NCBI GenBank assembly: GCA_977030845.1
Contig: OZ365112.1
Span: 24,800,001-24,864,000 of the forward strand
Source of the DNA: Fimbriosthenelais zetlandica
Taxonomy: Eukaryota
Reading direction: 5' to 3'
DNA length: 64,000 bases
In this document: positions 1 to 11,564 of the stretch, piece after piece
Layout of the letters: every line of letters starts with the position of its first letter
How positions within the stretch are numbered: the first letter of the stretch is position 1
Made by a program: the position numbers and the translations under genes
The notes under the pieces: generated by a model
Seen by the model: the letters and a program-made list of their open reading frames with translations, nothing else
Told to the model about the DNA's origin: nothing
Database searches by the model: none

Positions 1-3000
1 ATGAACTCCTCTGAGATTGTCTGTCAAGCACATGGTCCTCACCTGACTCTATGTAGCCGCCATTCTGATGAATTATGTTATCAGATATTCCATTGGTGGC
101 CGAATAACTCGACCCTTCTTGGATAAGAGAGCCTGGCCGGCTTGACTTTCGGATCTCCTTTCCACTTGAGAGGCTGACAAGGCTCTCTCTTTTGGAGACA
201 GAGTCTCTTACTAGACTGCCTCCATTCACGTGGATATTTCCGTTCATCATTGTAGGTCGGTTACTTATGGCATCTATGGGTTCATCATAGGAATCGTCCA
301 TGTCCATGTGACTTTCAGACTGCTTAACAACGCTTCCCCTATCACTCAGATCATCGTACCTTCCTGCATTGTACACTACCGTCGAACCAGCCGTGCTTTC
401 AATATCTTCGCTGAAACCATGCTTCCCAATAGGAGCTTCTCTCTGAGCTCCGATATCCTCAAAGCCTGCTCTGACTGCCTTCAGGTTACTGGCTTGTACA
501 ATGTCTTTGTCTTCAGTATGACTTGAGATCACCTCACTTGCTGCATGCTCCGAATAATCATTGGCTCTATCCCTGATGGAACCGATACGACCAGTGCCAA
601 ACTCTTCAGTAGAATTAGTAAAACTAGTGTTCAGGTCAGATTTGGGTGGACTGGATGCCATCTTTAGGAAAGAATGATTGATGATAGACCCACCATACGT
701 TGGTATGACCTTCTCTCCTGTTTTCTTGGTTATTTGTTCAAAGATGGACAATCTCGCTTTGACATTGAAAGCCGAAATATCATACTCATCATCAAGGTGT
801 TCATTAGCTTGCTTGAGTTTCTCGCCATATTTGTCTTCATCAATGTTGTATTTGATTTCAGCAGATTCTCTTTCTTCTGTTTTCTTGGACCGTAGAACAT
901 TGTGAAGCTCATCAAAAAGTGTACCATCCTCACTGGATAGTTGTTCTTTGGGTTCCTCCCTCAACTGGGATGGTTTCAGGCCGCGTTTCTCTCGGATGTC
1001 TGCTAAAATGGCTTTGGATATAGACATATCCTCATCAGACTCATCCGCAGAATTTCCATTGGTTACAACAGTATGAGCTGCCAGGGCGCCTACAATATCA
1101 CCAGTTTCAGATTGTGGTTGTTCCTCGGCTGGAAGGTTGTTGGAATAACTCATCCTTGCTTCCTCAGGCGGTGGGGCTGATTCCAGGTGATCCACCTCAG
1201 TATGAGTGATGACATGATTTGTTTCTTCTGAGTGATATACAGAGTCTTCTCTGTTCCCTTCTGACTCTGCATATTCTCTCGTCTGCTCATACTGATTAGA
1301 ATGTTGTACATCATGATCATATACATTCTGCCCTTCTGTTTCTTCATGAGATCTTTCACCACCGTGACCATAGTCGTTCTGCTCTTCAATATGCTCAGAA
1401 TAACGATCAGAGTTTCTCACTTCATTATTATATTCATTCTTCTCTTCTACCTGTTCCTCATTTAGCGGTGAATACCTGTCAACTTCCTGTTGATATAACT
1501 CATTGTTATCTATGATTGCATGCTGTACGTCCTGGTCCATTTCTTGGAATGAGTGATTGTGTGTACTTGCTTCCTCAATGTCATTCCCTGTAATATTGTC
1601 ATGAACAGACTGGCGACTTTCCTCATGCGACTGGTTGAATCCAATATGCTCGGAATGAGTTGCTCCTTGGCTAATCTCATCCTGATGCCCCGACTCGTAT
1701 GATTCGTTCTCAATAAGGGCTCGGTGTTCCGTGCTGCTGTCCTTATCATACTGCGAAACTTCACCACCTTGAGCACTGGAGTCATGTGTTTGATATCCTT
1801 CGTCTTCTCTTGGAAGGCCATCTTCTATTTTCCTCACTTGAGAATCTCCGGTTGCCCCATCAAGACTCTCCCGTTCATCTTCATATAGAATGGGACTCGA
1901 CCTTGCTCTGGGGCCAGGGGACTCGGCCATGATTAGGGAATCAACATCACCAGAACCTTCAGGCTTTAACAACTGATTCTTGTATTCTGAAGTTTCGGAA
2001 ACAACAGCTACAGGAGCTGCGGAGTGGGCTTCTTGAACAAATTCTTCATTGACTCTCGTTTCTGATTCTTTATTCCATTCACCAGGGTGTTCATAGTCCT
2101 CATCTTCCAGCTCTTCTATTTTGGCATCATCATATCCAAGACTGGAATAAGACATCGCTCCAGCTGTGGCAATGACAGCAGCTCCAGCAGTTGCTGCACC
2201 TGCAGGTAGTAAAACATCTCTCGTCTTCGTTTCCTCATCTTCATTTCCTTTGCTATGGCCTTTGGATTTTCTGAAACCAAACCATGATCTTTTCTTTTCC
2301 TTTGTCTTCCTTTCTGCCTCTTCAACAAACATGGGTTCATCGTCTGATCTCACAACGTCATCGTCATACGTGATTTCCTTTTTGGAGCCTTTCTTCTGTT
2401 TCTTGACCTTTTTGCTCTTCTTTTCCTCAATATACTGTGGTTCTTCAATATACATTTGTTCTTCCTTTCGCTCTGAGTGAATAACAGACACATCTGAGGC
2501 TTCTACCACATGGGCTTCTTCCTTGACAAATTCTGTGTCTGTGGGTTCAATAATTGCCACTGAATCCTTTCCCTTTTTCTTCTTCTCTTTCATTTTGTAT
2601 TCTTTCTCAATCACTTTCTTCTCGTCTTTATTAACGACTAACGTCTCCTTCTTTTCTTTCTTTTTCTTCTTAGATTCCTTTACCACAGGAGCAGCTGCAG
2701 CCACCAGTGCCTCGTGTTCAACTATTTCATTATCAGTGTTATCCCTGACAACCTCTGTGTCTGTGGGATCCATAATTACCAGCGATTCCTTTTCCTTTTT
2801 CTTCTTCTCTTTCTTTTTGTATTCTTTCTCAATCACTTTCTTTTCATCCTTATTAAAGACTAACGTCTCCTTCTTTTCTTTTTTTTTCTTCTTAGATTCC
2901 TTTACCACAGGGGCGGCCGCAGCCACTAGTGCCTCCTGCTCAACTATTACGTTATCAGTGTCATCAATAACCTCTTCTTTCTTCTTCGATTTCTTTTCCT

Positions 3001-5582
3001 TCTTTTTGTATTCTTTTTCAACAACAAGCTTTTCATCTTTGTTTACAACAACTGTCTCCTTTTTCTCCTTCTTTTTCTTCTTTGAATCCTTCTCCTTATA
3101 TTCTTTTTCAACAAGTAGTATGCCTTCATGCTCAACAATTTCTTGTTTCTTTTTTGACTTCTTATCCTTTTTACTGAAGGTCTCCTGATCAAATTCCTCG
3201 GTCAGTTCCATTTCGTCATCAGACTTGTAACTCTTTTTCTTTTCCTTTTTGTCTTTTTTCTTCTTCTTACTTTCTGACAGGATTATAGCAGGGGCAGCGG
3301 ACTCTAATGTCTCGGCGTCTTCTGAAATGACTATTTGTTCAGCGGCATCAGTTTCATCCTTATCTGCACTCTTCCTTCCAAACAGAGAAGTTCTTGCCTT
3401 CTTCTTTTTCCTAATTTTATTTCCTGACATTGCAACTAAGGGGACACCGATTGCTGCCGCCTGAATCAATCCAGTATCATGATCATTCACCTCTTCATCG
3501 GGATCTGAAAATATTTCTTCTTTCACTTCCTCGAGGACGGGATTATTCTCTGACTGTTCTTCTGTCACATAGCTTTGCAACACAGTGTTGTCCATTTCCT
3601 CGAGGACAGGAATATTCTCTGAATGTTCTTCTGTCACATAGCTTTGCAACACAGTGTTGTCCATTTCCTCGAGGACGGGAATATTCTCTGACTGTTCTTC
3701 TGTCACATAGCTTTGCAACACAGTGTTGTCCATTTCCTCCAGGACAGGAATATTCTCTGAATGTTCTTCTGTCACATAACTTTGCAAGACAGTAGTATCA
3801 TCAGATATTGGTCTGTTTACAAAGGCTTCATCATCAGCAGTATATCTATCTCTACTAATGATAGTATCACTCTGATCAATCTCGTTTAACTCCTGCAATA
3901 ACCTCTGATCATCCTCCGGCATTGCCACCACATTGAAGTTGTCCTCTTCAATATTCTCCTGGTGATCACCCTGGTGGATCTCTATGATAGGATCTTCTCT
4001 GTTATCTCTATCTTCTAAAACAAAGCTTTCCCTTGCCATTGATCGTCTCTCACTGCCCCCATGACTGATTATTGAATTCCTATTGCTCTCTAAATGAGAC
4101 CCCCTGTAACTGCCTGTCTCTGAATTCGGCCTCATGATGTTTCTCCCGTCATCAACTTCCTCCTCAGGGTGAGCTGAATAGTGGCTTTCTTCTCTCTGGT
4201 TGTCGATAATTGAATCACGGTTGTATGCCATTTCTTCCACCACAAAGCTCTCCTGAGCCAGGGATCTCTGGTCACTGTCTTTCACTAGGTAACTACTTGG
4301 TCTTGCAACCTCATCTCTAAAAGAGGCGTTATCCATGTCAGAATGAGCCTTGCTATATTCTTGGTCCTGGTCCATGTTCAGACTCTCTCTGGCGGAGGAC
4401 AGATGCCTTGACTGTAGGAGACTTGAACTGTTACTGGCTACAACATGGTGAATGTCATGTTGACCATCGTCTCCTGACACTAAACTCATGGAGCGCCTCT
4501 CCATTTGCTGCTCTCCGTTAAACTCCTGCAAGCTGCTCCCTTCTTTGAAGGACTCCGCTTTTGATAATCTGCTTCTCACTGCTTCACTATGCAAAGAGTC
4601 TACATCATCCTTGAATGATGTCCTTTCAGCAAATGAGGATCTCTGGACTTCTGTATCATCTGCTCTGAACTCTGGTCTTTCTTCCACATGCACCATGTTC
4701 TCAGATATGGCGGTTTCTCCCACTTCTGACTCTCTGTCAATCAGTGAAGACTCCCTCCCTGTCTGTTCGAAGCCCTGCGTGTAAGACCTTCTCTCGTCGT
4801 TATAATCCTGTCCCTCATGTTCACTACCTTCGTCAATCATCCTGGGAGCTTGTGCCACTGCAGCAACTGTAGAACTTTGTACAAGTTCATGGTTGTAGTC
4901 AGATTCATATTGACCATCATTAAACACCTCACTGATCCTGTTTTCTTCTATGAGGCTAGGCTCGTGATCCACAACTTCATGGGCCTGGAATGCTTCATTA
5001 TCAAAAACTTCTCTGGGCATTTCATTCTCTGAGAAAGTATTTACATGAGGTTCCTCGCGAATAAGCTCATCATCGTAATGACTATGGGCATTTTCACTGT
5101 ACACTACATCCTCGTGGTCATCATTAGCCTCAGAAACAATAATGGTTGTTGCCCCAGCGGCTACAACCGCTGCAGTTGCTGCTGCTCCTGTGGCAACAAC
5201 AGCATCAGTACCAGAGAATCGCTGGCTGCTGCTATGAGAGTTATCGGAACTTATCTTTGAACCCCTTTTTTCTTTTCGCAGCAATTTCGATTTATCACTG
5301 ACACTGTTCACATTTGAGTTATCATATTCCTCTCTGATAGCTCGGCCATTAGCTGCTTGTTCATTTACCACATGCACTTCAGCTTCGTTTTTATGCTTGT
5401 CTCCGTCCTCTTCAGTAGCCACTTTTGGTAGGAATGTGTGGCCTTCGTAGTTTAGACTTTCAGTGTCCTCGTTCTGAGCTGGTGCAGTGCTTGTTCCAGA
5501 GATGGCTCTGTCCATGTACTTGGCATGACCAACTCCTCCCTCTCTGCCCTTCTGTTTGGACTTGCGGCCACAAGGTAAGCAT
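1..5582 (-). CDS. Giant coding exon (>=5.5 kb) of an uncharacterised single-pass membrane protein; encodes a long intrinsically disordered, E/D/S-rich and K-block cytoplasmic tail
   Basis: Acceptor ttccgtgatttcag|A at 5583/5582 (phase 2). My translation in the frame starting at 5581 (CLPCGRKSKQKGREGG...) found no stop through position 2 (...DRQSQRSS), i.e. 1860 codons; the frame is consistent at both ends. Missing from the ORF track because no stop lies in the window. A possible donor CAG|GTGAGG at 43/42 could end the exon just inside the window. Confidence 0.9.
2525..2962 (-). repeat. Two ~222-bp (74-aa) Lys-rich coding repeats, with degenerate partial copies up to ~3200
   Basis: Markers such as tagattcctttaccacagg (2671, 2893) and tctgtgtctgtggg (2532, 2754) are 222 bp apart. 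Unit approx. E(H/Q)EALVAAAAPVVKESKKKKKEKKETLV(V/F)NKDEKKVIEKEYK.KEKKKK..S..I..PTDTE.V. Confidence 0.9.
3527..3796 (-). repeat. Four 69-bp (23-aa) coding tandem repeats TVLQSYVTEE(H/Q)SENIPVLEEMDN
   Basis: ttcctc at 3527, 3596, 3665 and 3734 (period 69); copies are near-identical. Confidence 0.95.
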
Positions 5583-5872
5583 CTGAAATCACGGAATTAA
5601 TGCAATAAATATAACCTTACTAATTAGAAATACCATATTGACCTAATCCAACTTGTTCAGATATATTATTACCATGTTTAAAAATGATCATTTTGATAGT
5701 AATGCTAGTGATCCACTTAAAGAAAAGTCGGTCTGCGTCTTGCGTCTGGCGGGAGACGTGCGTCTGGGGAAACACAGAGCACACAACCGGACGTAACAGG
5801 ACGTAAGGCGGTTTTGCGTCTAAGTGGATCACTAGCATAAAATTCGTTCAATATGCCCCCCAGAAAACTTAC

Positions 5873-5954
5873 TTGTTGCAGAAGGCCCATAAAATAAGAT
5901 AAACACAGCCTCCGACCACAAGAACCCCTCCAATGGAAAAGCTGATGTAAGCAA
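5873..5954 (-). CDS. 82-nt coding exon encoding most of the transmembrane helix (AYISFSIGGVLVVGGCVYLILWAFCN)
   Basis: Acceptor tttaatttcttttcag| (phase 1) and donor CAA|GTAAGT (phase 2). Open and hydrophobic; AA+A gives Lys in frame with the giant exon. Confidence 0.88.
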
Positions 5955-6958
5955 CTGAAAAGAAATTAAAACGTAATTAATGCAAGGGAAACCAACTTAA
6001 AATTTTGAGGATTACCCACACCTAACCCCACCCACCCACCCCCTCACTACGCACGGTAAAGCTATATAGGATTTGACATCCGTATCGACACCCTTCGTCC
6101 AACTTTACAATACATGATCCAACTCTATTATTCCTGATTCATCTCTCCCCGAGCCTCCCTTTGTTAAAACCAACAAGACTGCTTTTTGATCAGTATTTAC
6201 TGTTGGAGGCAATGTGTACAAGTGTGGTTCATATTATTTAGCGCCCGGATCTGAAATGGGTCATTTCAAGCCAAGAGAGTGAGAGATCCACAAAAATGAT
6301 AACCGGTCTGTCTACTCGAGCACGTGAAGGAGAAAGAGAAAGACATTTCTGAAAAAGGGAGTCAGAAGGAGAACAGAGAGAGGAGCATGATTATTAGTCA
6401 GTTGAGTTGGGTGAGTGGGAGGAAGACAGTACTGTACTTGAGGCCACTTTCATAATTTATAGGTCTACCATTTAAGTGCCCGGAGCGGAAGACACAGAGG
6501 CACAAAACAAAATGATGACAATCAGGAACTGAATTTCACCTTTACTTAAATAACACATGTATAACTAATACAACTTTTCGTATATTGAATCTGCCAATCT
6601 TCAGTGCTATTATCCCAACCTACGCTTCCCGTGAGACATGCTCTGAAAGCATCTAAAATATAAAAGTCACCAAACATCTTTCTGGAGGTTTTTGGAAACA
6701 GAGATTGGCCCCACCCATAGAATTAAATTGAGCAATGGAGGAAAGGAACTAAACACGCTAGCTATATCAGAGGCAACGCCCATTCCAGGGAAAAGATCCA
6801 AGAAGGGATCTATAGAGTATTAACCCATTCTGATACAGAATTGCATCTCGTCCCTCCATATCCCCCACCCTCGATGCCTACGCCGAACATAGGCAATTCA
6901 TTTTCTGACATTGTATATACATTCAATAATAGATTAAGCAATAAATAAACACACATAC

Positions 6959-6995
6959 CAAGTATCATCCACGGATGCTCATCCGTAGCCCCCAT
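6959..6995 (-). CDS. Probable start-codon exon (MGATDEHPWMIL); full exon 7032-6959
   Basis: Acceptor tttttttcctctttttcag| at 7033/7032 and donor CTTG|GTATGT (phase 1; G+TT = Val, in frame with the next exon). ATG at 6995 is in strong context (AGGATGG). The frame is open to the acceptor (VVSLDIYQNNFR), so an upstream coding exon is not excluded. Confidence 0.75.
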
Positions 6996-9900
6996 CCTGA
7001 AATTATTTTGGTAAATATCCAAGGAAACAACCCTGAAAAAGAGGAAAAAAAACTTAAATACACCAAATTAATTCGTATCCAGAGCGTATGATCCAGAGAG
7101 TTTAATGGGAATAAGGGTCAAAATCAATCATAGTGAGAGGTGCATCTGATAAAGTATTTGACTATTTAAATGGCGCGTCAATTGAAAAGAATATCAATCA
7201 ACTGAAGTGAGGAAGGAACATTCTCGACTGCACCCTCTTTTGTAGGTTTTGTGTCCTCAGAGTGTATCCTAACTTCTTTAGAGTAAACTTGATTTCTTGG
7301 CAGGTACAATTTTTCAACAATTTTTTATCCGAAAAGCAGAGTTACTGCACGTGATGAGAATGTTTTTCAACGGACTTTTCCCCTTTATTTTTTTTCCTTT
7401 TATAAATTTCTAGATCCTAGGAACCGGACTTCTTGAGTTATCAGAGCAGAAAAGAAAGTATTTTTATGGAGAGAGAAAAGGGCATGCTTCTTGGCAGTGG
7501 TACATCTTACTGTCACTACATACATTACTCTGAGCAGAAGAGGCAGCTAGAAGAGTGGAACAAAAGTTAAATGTTAATATTGATTATGAAATAATATTAA
7601 TTCCAAAAGGAAATTCCAAAAGAGAAAAAAAGAAGATTAGAAGACATATTAGATCATCATTAGTAGAATTAGAATTAGAAGACAATGAAGTTGGAGAAGA
7701 ATTACATGAAAAAATCTAACCAAAATCAACTTAATATCTGCCTACTAAATTGCTCTATCACACAGTCCCCTGAATTGGAACAACCTCCGTTCTACTTGAT
7801 ATACTAAATATATATTCCCGGGTGATCCCAGGCAAAGACGAGATGGATTCATGCGGCCAAGAAATGTAAATAAGAAAATATAGTTTTTCTGCTAATGTTT
7901 GCTGCACACCACTGCTTCTTGTAAAACTAAACCACATTGCCATTCACCATGCATCCATAATTCCATACAGAATCATTTCAGAATTTACAAATTAAAGAAT
8001 AGAAATAATGCCAAAAATGAATGCCTCTCGTTCTAAAGATTGGCTAATTTACATTCCGAACCATATGTGTTTTTGCCTCAGTATAGAATTCGAAGAAAAA
8101 TTTGGCATTTGAAGATGATACCTATTCATGAATTGACATTCAGTCTATCTACTTCCGGTATACAGGTAATTAATTCAATTTACAGGGTATCACATTAAAG
8201 CTATAACTCCTGCCATATATTAAGAGTTAAATCCAGCCTATTTTTTCTTCTAATCTGTCCTTAAACTAAGCCTATTCTAAATACACAATAGGCGCCAAAT
8301 ATGTAAGTTTATATTAAGGAATTCCTCGATCTAATATTGGTACTGCCTATTTAATATCACTAGGAGATGTACATAAGTTTTGTAGACATACTTCACTTCC
8401 AAAAATGCAAAACCAAGGTATGTAAATATCTTCATCTTTCCCATCTCTACCCCTGTGCCAAAGAAGGGCCTTCCCAAAATGCCTGCCCGTTGTGTATTTG
8501 CCTTTGACTAGTTCTTTGCCATTATTTTTGTTATGTACATTCCCCCTAGCGATCGTGACATCTCCAGCACCGATGAGCATAAAAACAGGGACCGAGAAGC
8601 ACCATTGAAAATCCCCCACCGTGTAATATTGGCTGCAGTGTATGATATCTTAACCAAGGTAAATAGTCGTCTAAAATATGTTGGTTATAATCCAAAAAAA
8701 TAAAAATGTCCATTGGTGTGGTATCAATAATTATTCCTAGTCATTCTATGAAGAGATACATTTTAACTCAAAAGCAAATGCATTTAGACAGAATTGATTT
8801 TTCAACACCCATTTGATACAACCTAAGTGTTATGACATCTTTCTCACTCACAACAAGTGTATTGACAGGAATACATGCAAACACAGCACTTCCTGTGACT
8901 GTGCATATATATTTTTTGATGGTACGGGCATATAATGTCTATTCAACATCCTCCAGTAGCTTTCATGAATGAAATTCACCTTGGGAATTTGATCCACATC
9001 TTATAAGAGCCCCTCCCCTTTATACTACATTGTATGGGCGACATCCTAGCTTCCCGGATACAGTGCGCGTGAACATGGGATAAGCGCGACAAACGCTATA
9101 AATCTGCTTCAAAAAAGCTTGGATTAAGGCATTTTTGAATTGAATATCACTACATCAGTATAAGGCCCGAGTCATCGAGCATCTCTTTCTCATTATAGGC
9201 CAAAACCCTCAAATGCACTATGCCCTCCGGTGCTCTGGGGACATTGAATATTACATTGTACATATATCAGTATCAGGCATATGCTCTCAAATGCCCAGGC
9301 GCAATTACAGCCTCTCTCACAATCATATTAGGCATAGGCCTAGTATAACTCTCACGTATACAAACCAATACACTTATATATCTGTCATTTACTTGTTTAT
9401 TTATGACATAGGACTGTTAACGCCACCACCTGAACAGCTCAAAAAGACGTCAATGTGAAGATTCCATGCCAAGAAATCCTGAATAAATAGACACAGGAAA
9501 AGCCAGCTGAGGTTCAAAATCTAAAAGACATGGGCGTAAAATATAGCGTCCAGCATACAAAAACACAGAGACCTTGTAGAGTGCATGCAACCTACTCACT
9601 ATTGAAGGTCCCTATAGCTATTCATCCATTTCCCCATTAGATTCATGGGAATTGCACTCAAATATATATGGGAATCAACATCAACAGGTAAACGTGGATC
9701 ACTAAAATCTAACACGTGTGCAGTAATGGACCTTTGTGACTGATTATTGAATGCTTTAGATCTTTTCCACCAGTTTTACAGTATTTCATTCCACCGTAAA
9801 TTAAACCATTGTTGATCAGTTTCTTTCTGAATGTACAACTATCGCAACAGTGCATGCATACAGAAAGTGTCTGCTTTTGACTTAATCATCTGAAAGATGT

Positions 9901-11564
9901 ATACTCCATGCCAACTTAATAACCTGTCTACATTTCAGTGCAGTACAACATTTAACAGTCTCAACCTGCGGGTTTCCACTGAGAAAAGTGAGTGACACAG
10001 AGTATAGTATGGGATAATGCGAGCCTGACCGGAGGCAGGGAGATCTAGGCAAGCATCGTTTACATCATACAAAGCTGGATGACTGTCAGTGACAATCCTA
10101 CCTGATAGACAATGCCCAGAAGGTGGAGGATCAGATCACAGATAACCAGAGCCAACGCTAAATATGGCTGCCACATACACTCCTTTGGGTATTAACGTCT
10201 AATGGTAATTTCCACTAAAACGGTGTACAATCTAACAAATAAGACAATCATTGAAACCCCATATCTATTACGTAATATCTGAAAACGAAGGGAAAACAGT
10301 ACCTTTCAACCAGAAATAGTACCTTTCAACCTATACTACTGAAGAATCTAAAGAGACCATAAATAATCCAATTTTAATCCAAATAAATCAAATCTGAGGG
10401 TTTCAACCTAATTGACAATGCAAATTGCTCCGAGCATTTTCACACACTGCACATACCAATCTTCAATTCAGCAATACAATAATTATATATGTTCATGGTA
10501 TACATTTCAATAAATATATCGACCAATAAGGCCAGATAAAAAGGGAAATGTGTATAAGATTCATCATAAGGTTTTGTATTGGAGGGTGTGGCATTCTAGG
10601 AAAATCCCCAGTACTCTATAATACATCCAAAAGGATGCTAGGCATTTATTCCATCGATTTGTACTCAAGAGATCGAATTTATCCCTTCCAAAACAGAAAC
10701 AACAAAACGGTATTTTCATCCGGTCATTATATTCTAATAGATGCCGAGGGAATTATCGGCTTGTGAGAATGAGTTCTGGGATTGAACCTCTGCTATACAC
10801 TGTTTCAACTTACGTTGAAAGATTGTTTGCATAAAGTGAGAGAAGGTAAATATCACGATTCTCAATTTCTTATCACAGGTATATGGCATATGGAGTGAGG
10901 GGGCAGGGGGCAGTTCCTGTATTTACCATAAAAGGATATATGGTCGCCTACACTATAAAAAAGCTTTTCGAATATCTTTAAAGATTCCATTCAATGGGAC
11001 GCTGAATTTTCATTATAGTAATTATAAATCATGTAGGGGAGGCAAACTGTCATTTAAATATTTGTTATTTTCCAGTAGGGAAATGCTGTAAAAAGAAACT
11101 GGTTTGATGTAAAAGGGTCGAGTTAGCAGGGGCCGGGTCTACATAAAGTTGCAGCAAATGTACATGCATCAATGATTCCTTTGAATTGACAGGGACTCTC
11201 CGAAAGAAAAGACACTGATTCAAGCCAGATTCCAAGTGTGACTAGATGCACGGGATACATTAAAAGCACCACCCCAGACATATCAAACACAGTTGCGATC
11301 TTTTAAATATACCACAATGAGAAATAAATGTCCAATTTTAAATTTAAATATATGCATCTGAAAACTATATAGTGACCTAAATTACTGTCTCAAAAACAAA
11401 CGCAATACCCAAATTCCTAGAATAGGTATGGTGTGTTTTTATCAAAGTATATTGTAGTCTACACATAACATAAAAATAAATAATTATCTAAGACTTGATA
11501 ATATAATTGGTAAATACAATTAACTAACCACATGGCCTGTAACCTAGAAATTAACGGCACCTAC

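Noticed and set aside
230-5260. Plus-strand ORFs in the track, including the 221-aa Phe/Ser-rich ORF at 2523-3188, and short minus-strand ORFs in other frames
   Set aside because: They are antisense or off-frame shadows of the giant minus-strand exon; poly-Lys/Glu codons read as Phe/Ser on the opposite strand.
8347-8619. 90-aa minus-strand ORF
   Set aside because: No ATG start or good acceptor and no recognisable domain; at most a decayed repeat.
9400-10200. Several exon-like segments (e.g. MWQPYLALALVICDLILHLLGIVYQ; DPRLPVDVDSHIYLSAIP...)
   Set aside because: Weak acceptors or donors, and phases that do not chain to the 7032 acceptor (one junction creates TAG).
10775-10790. tRNA/SINE B-box-like GGTTCAATCCC on the minus strand (also 13486, 48443)
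   Set aside because: No A-box at the proper distance and no cloverleaf.
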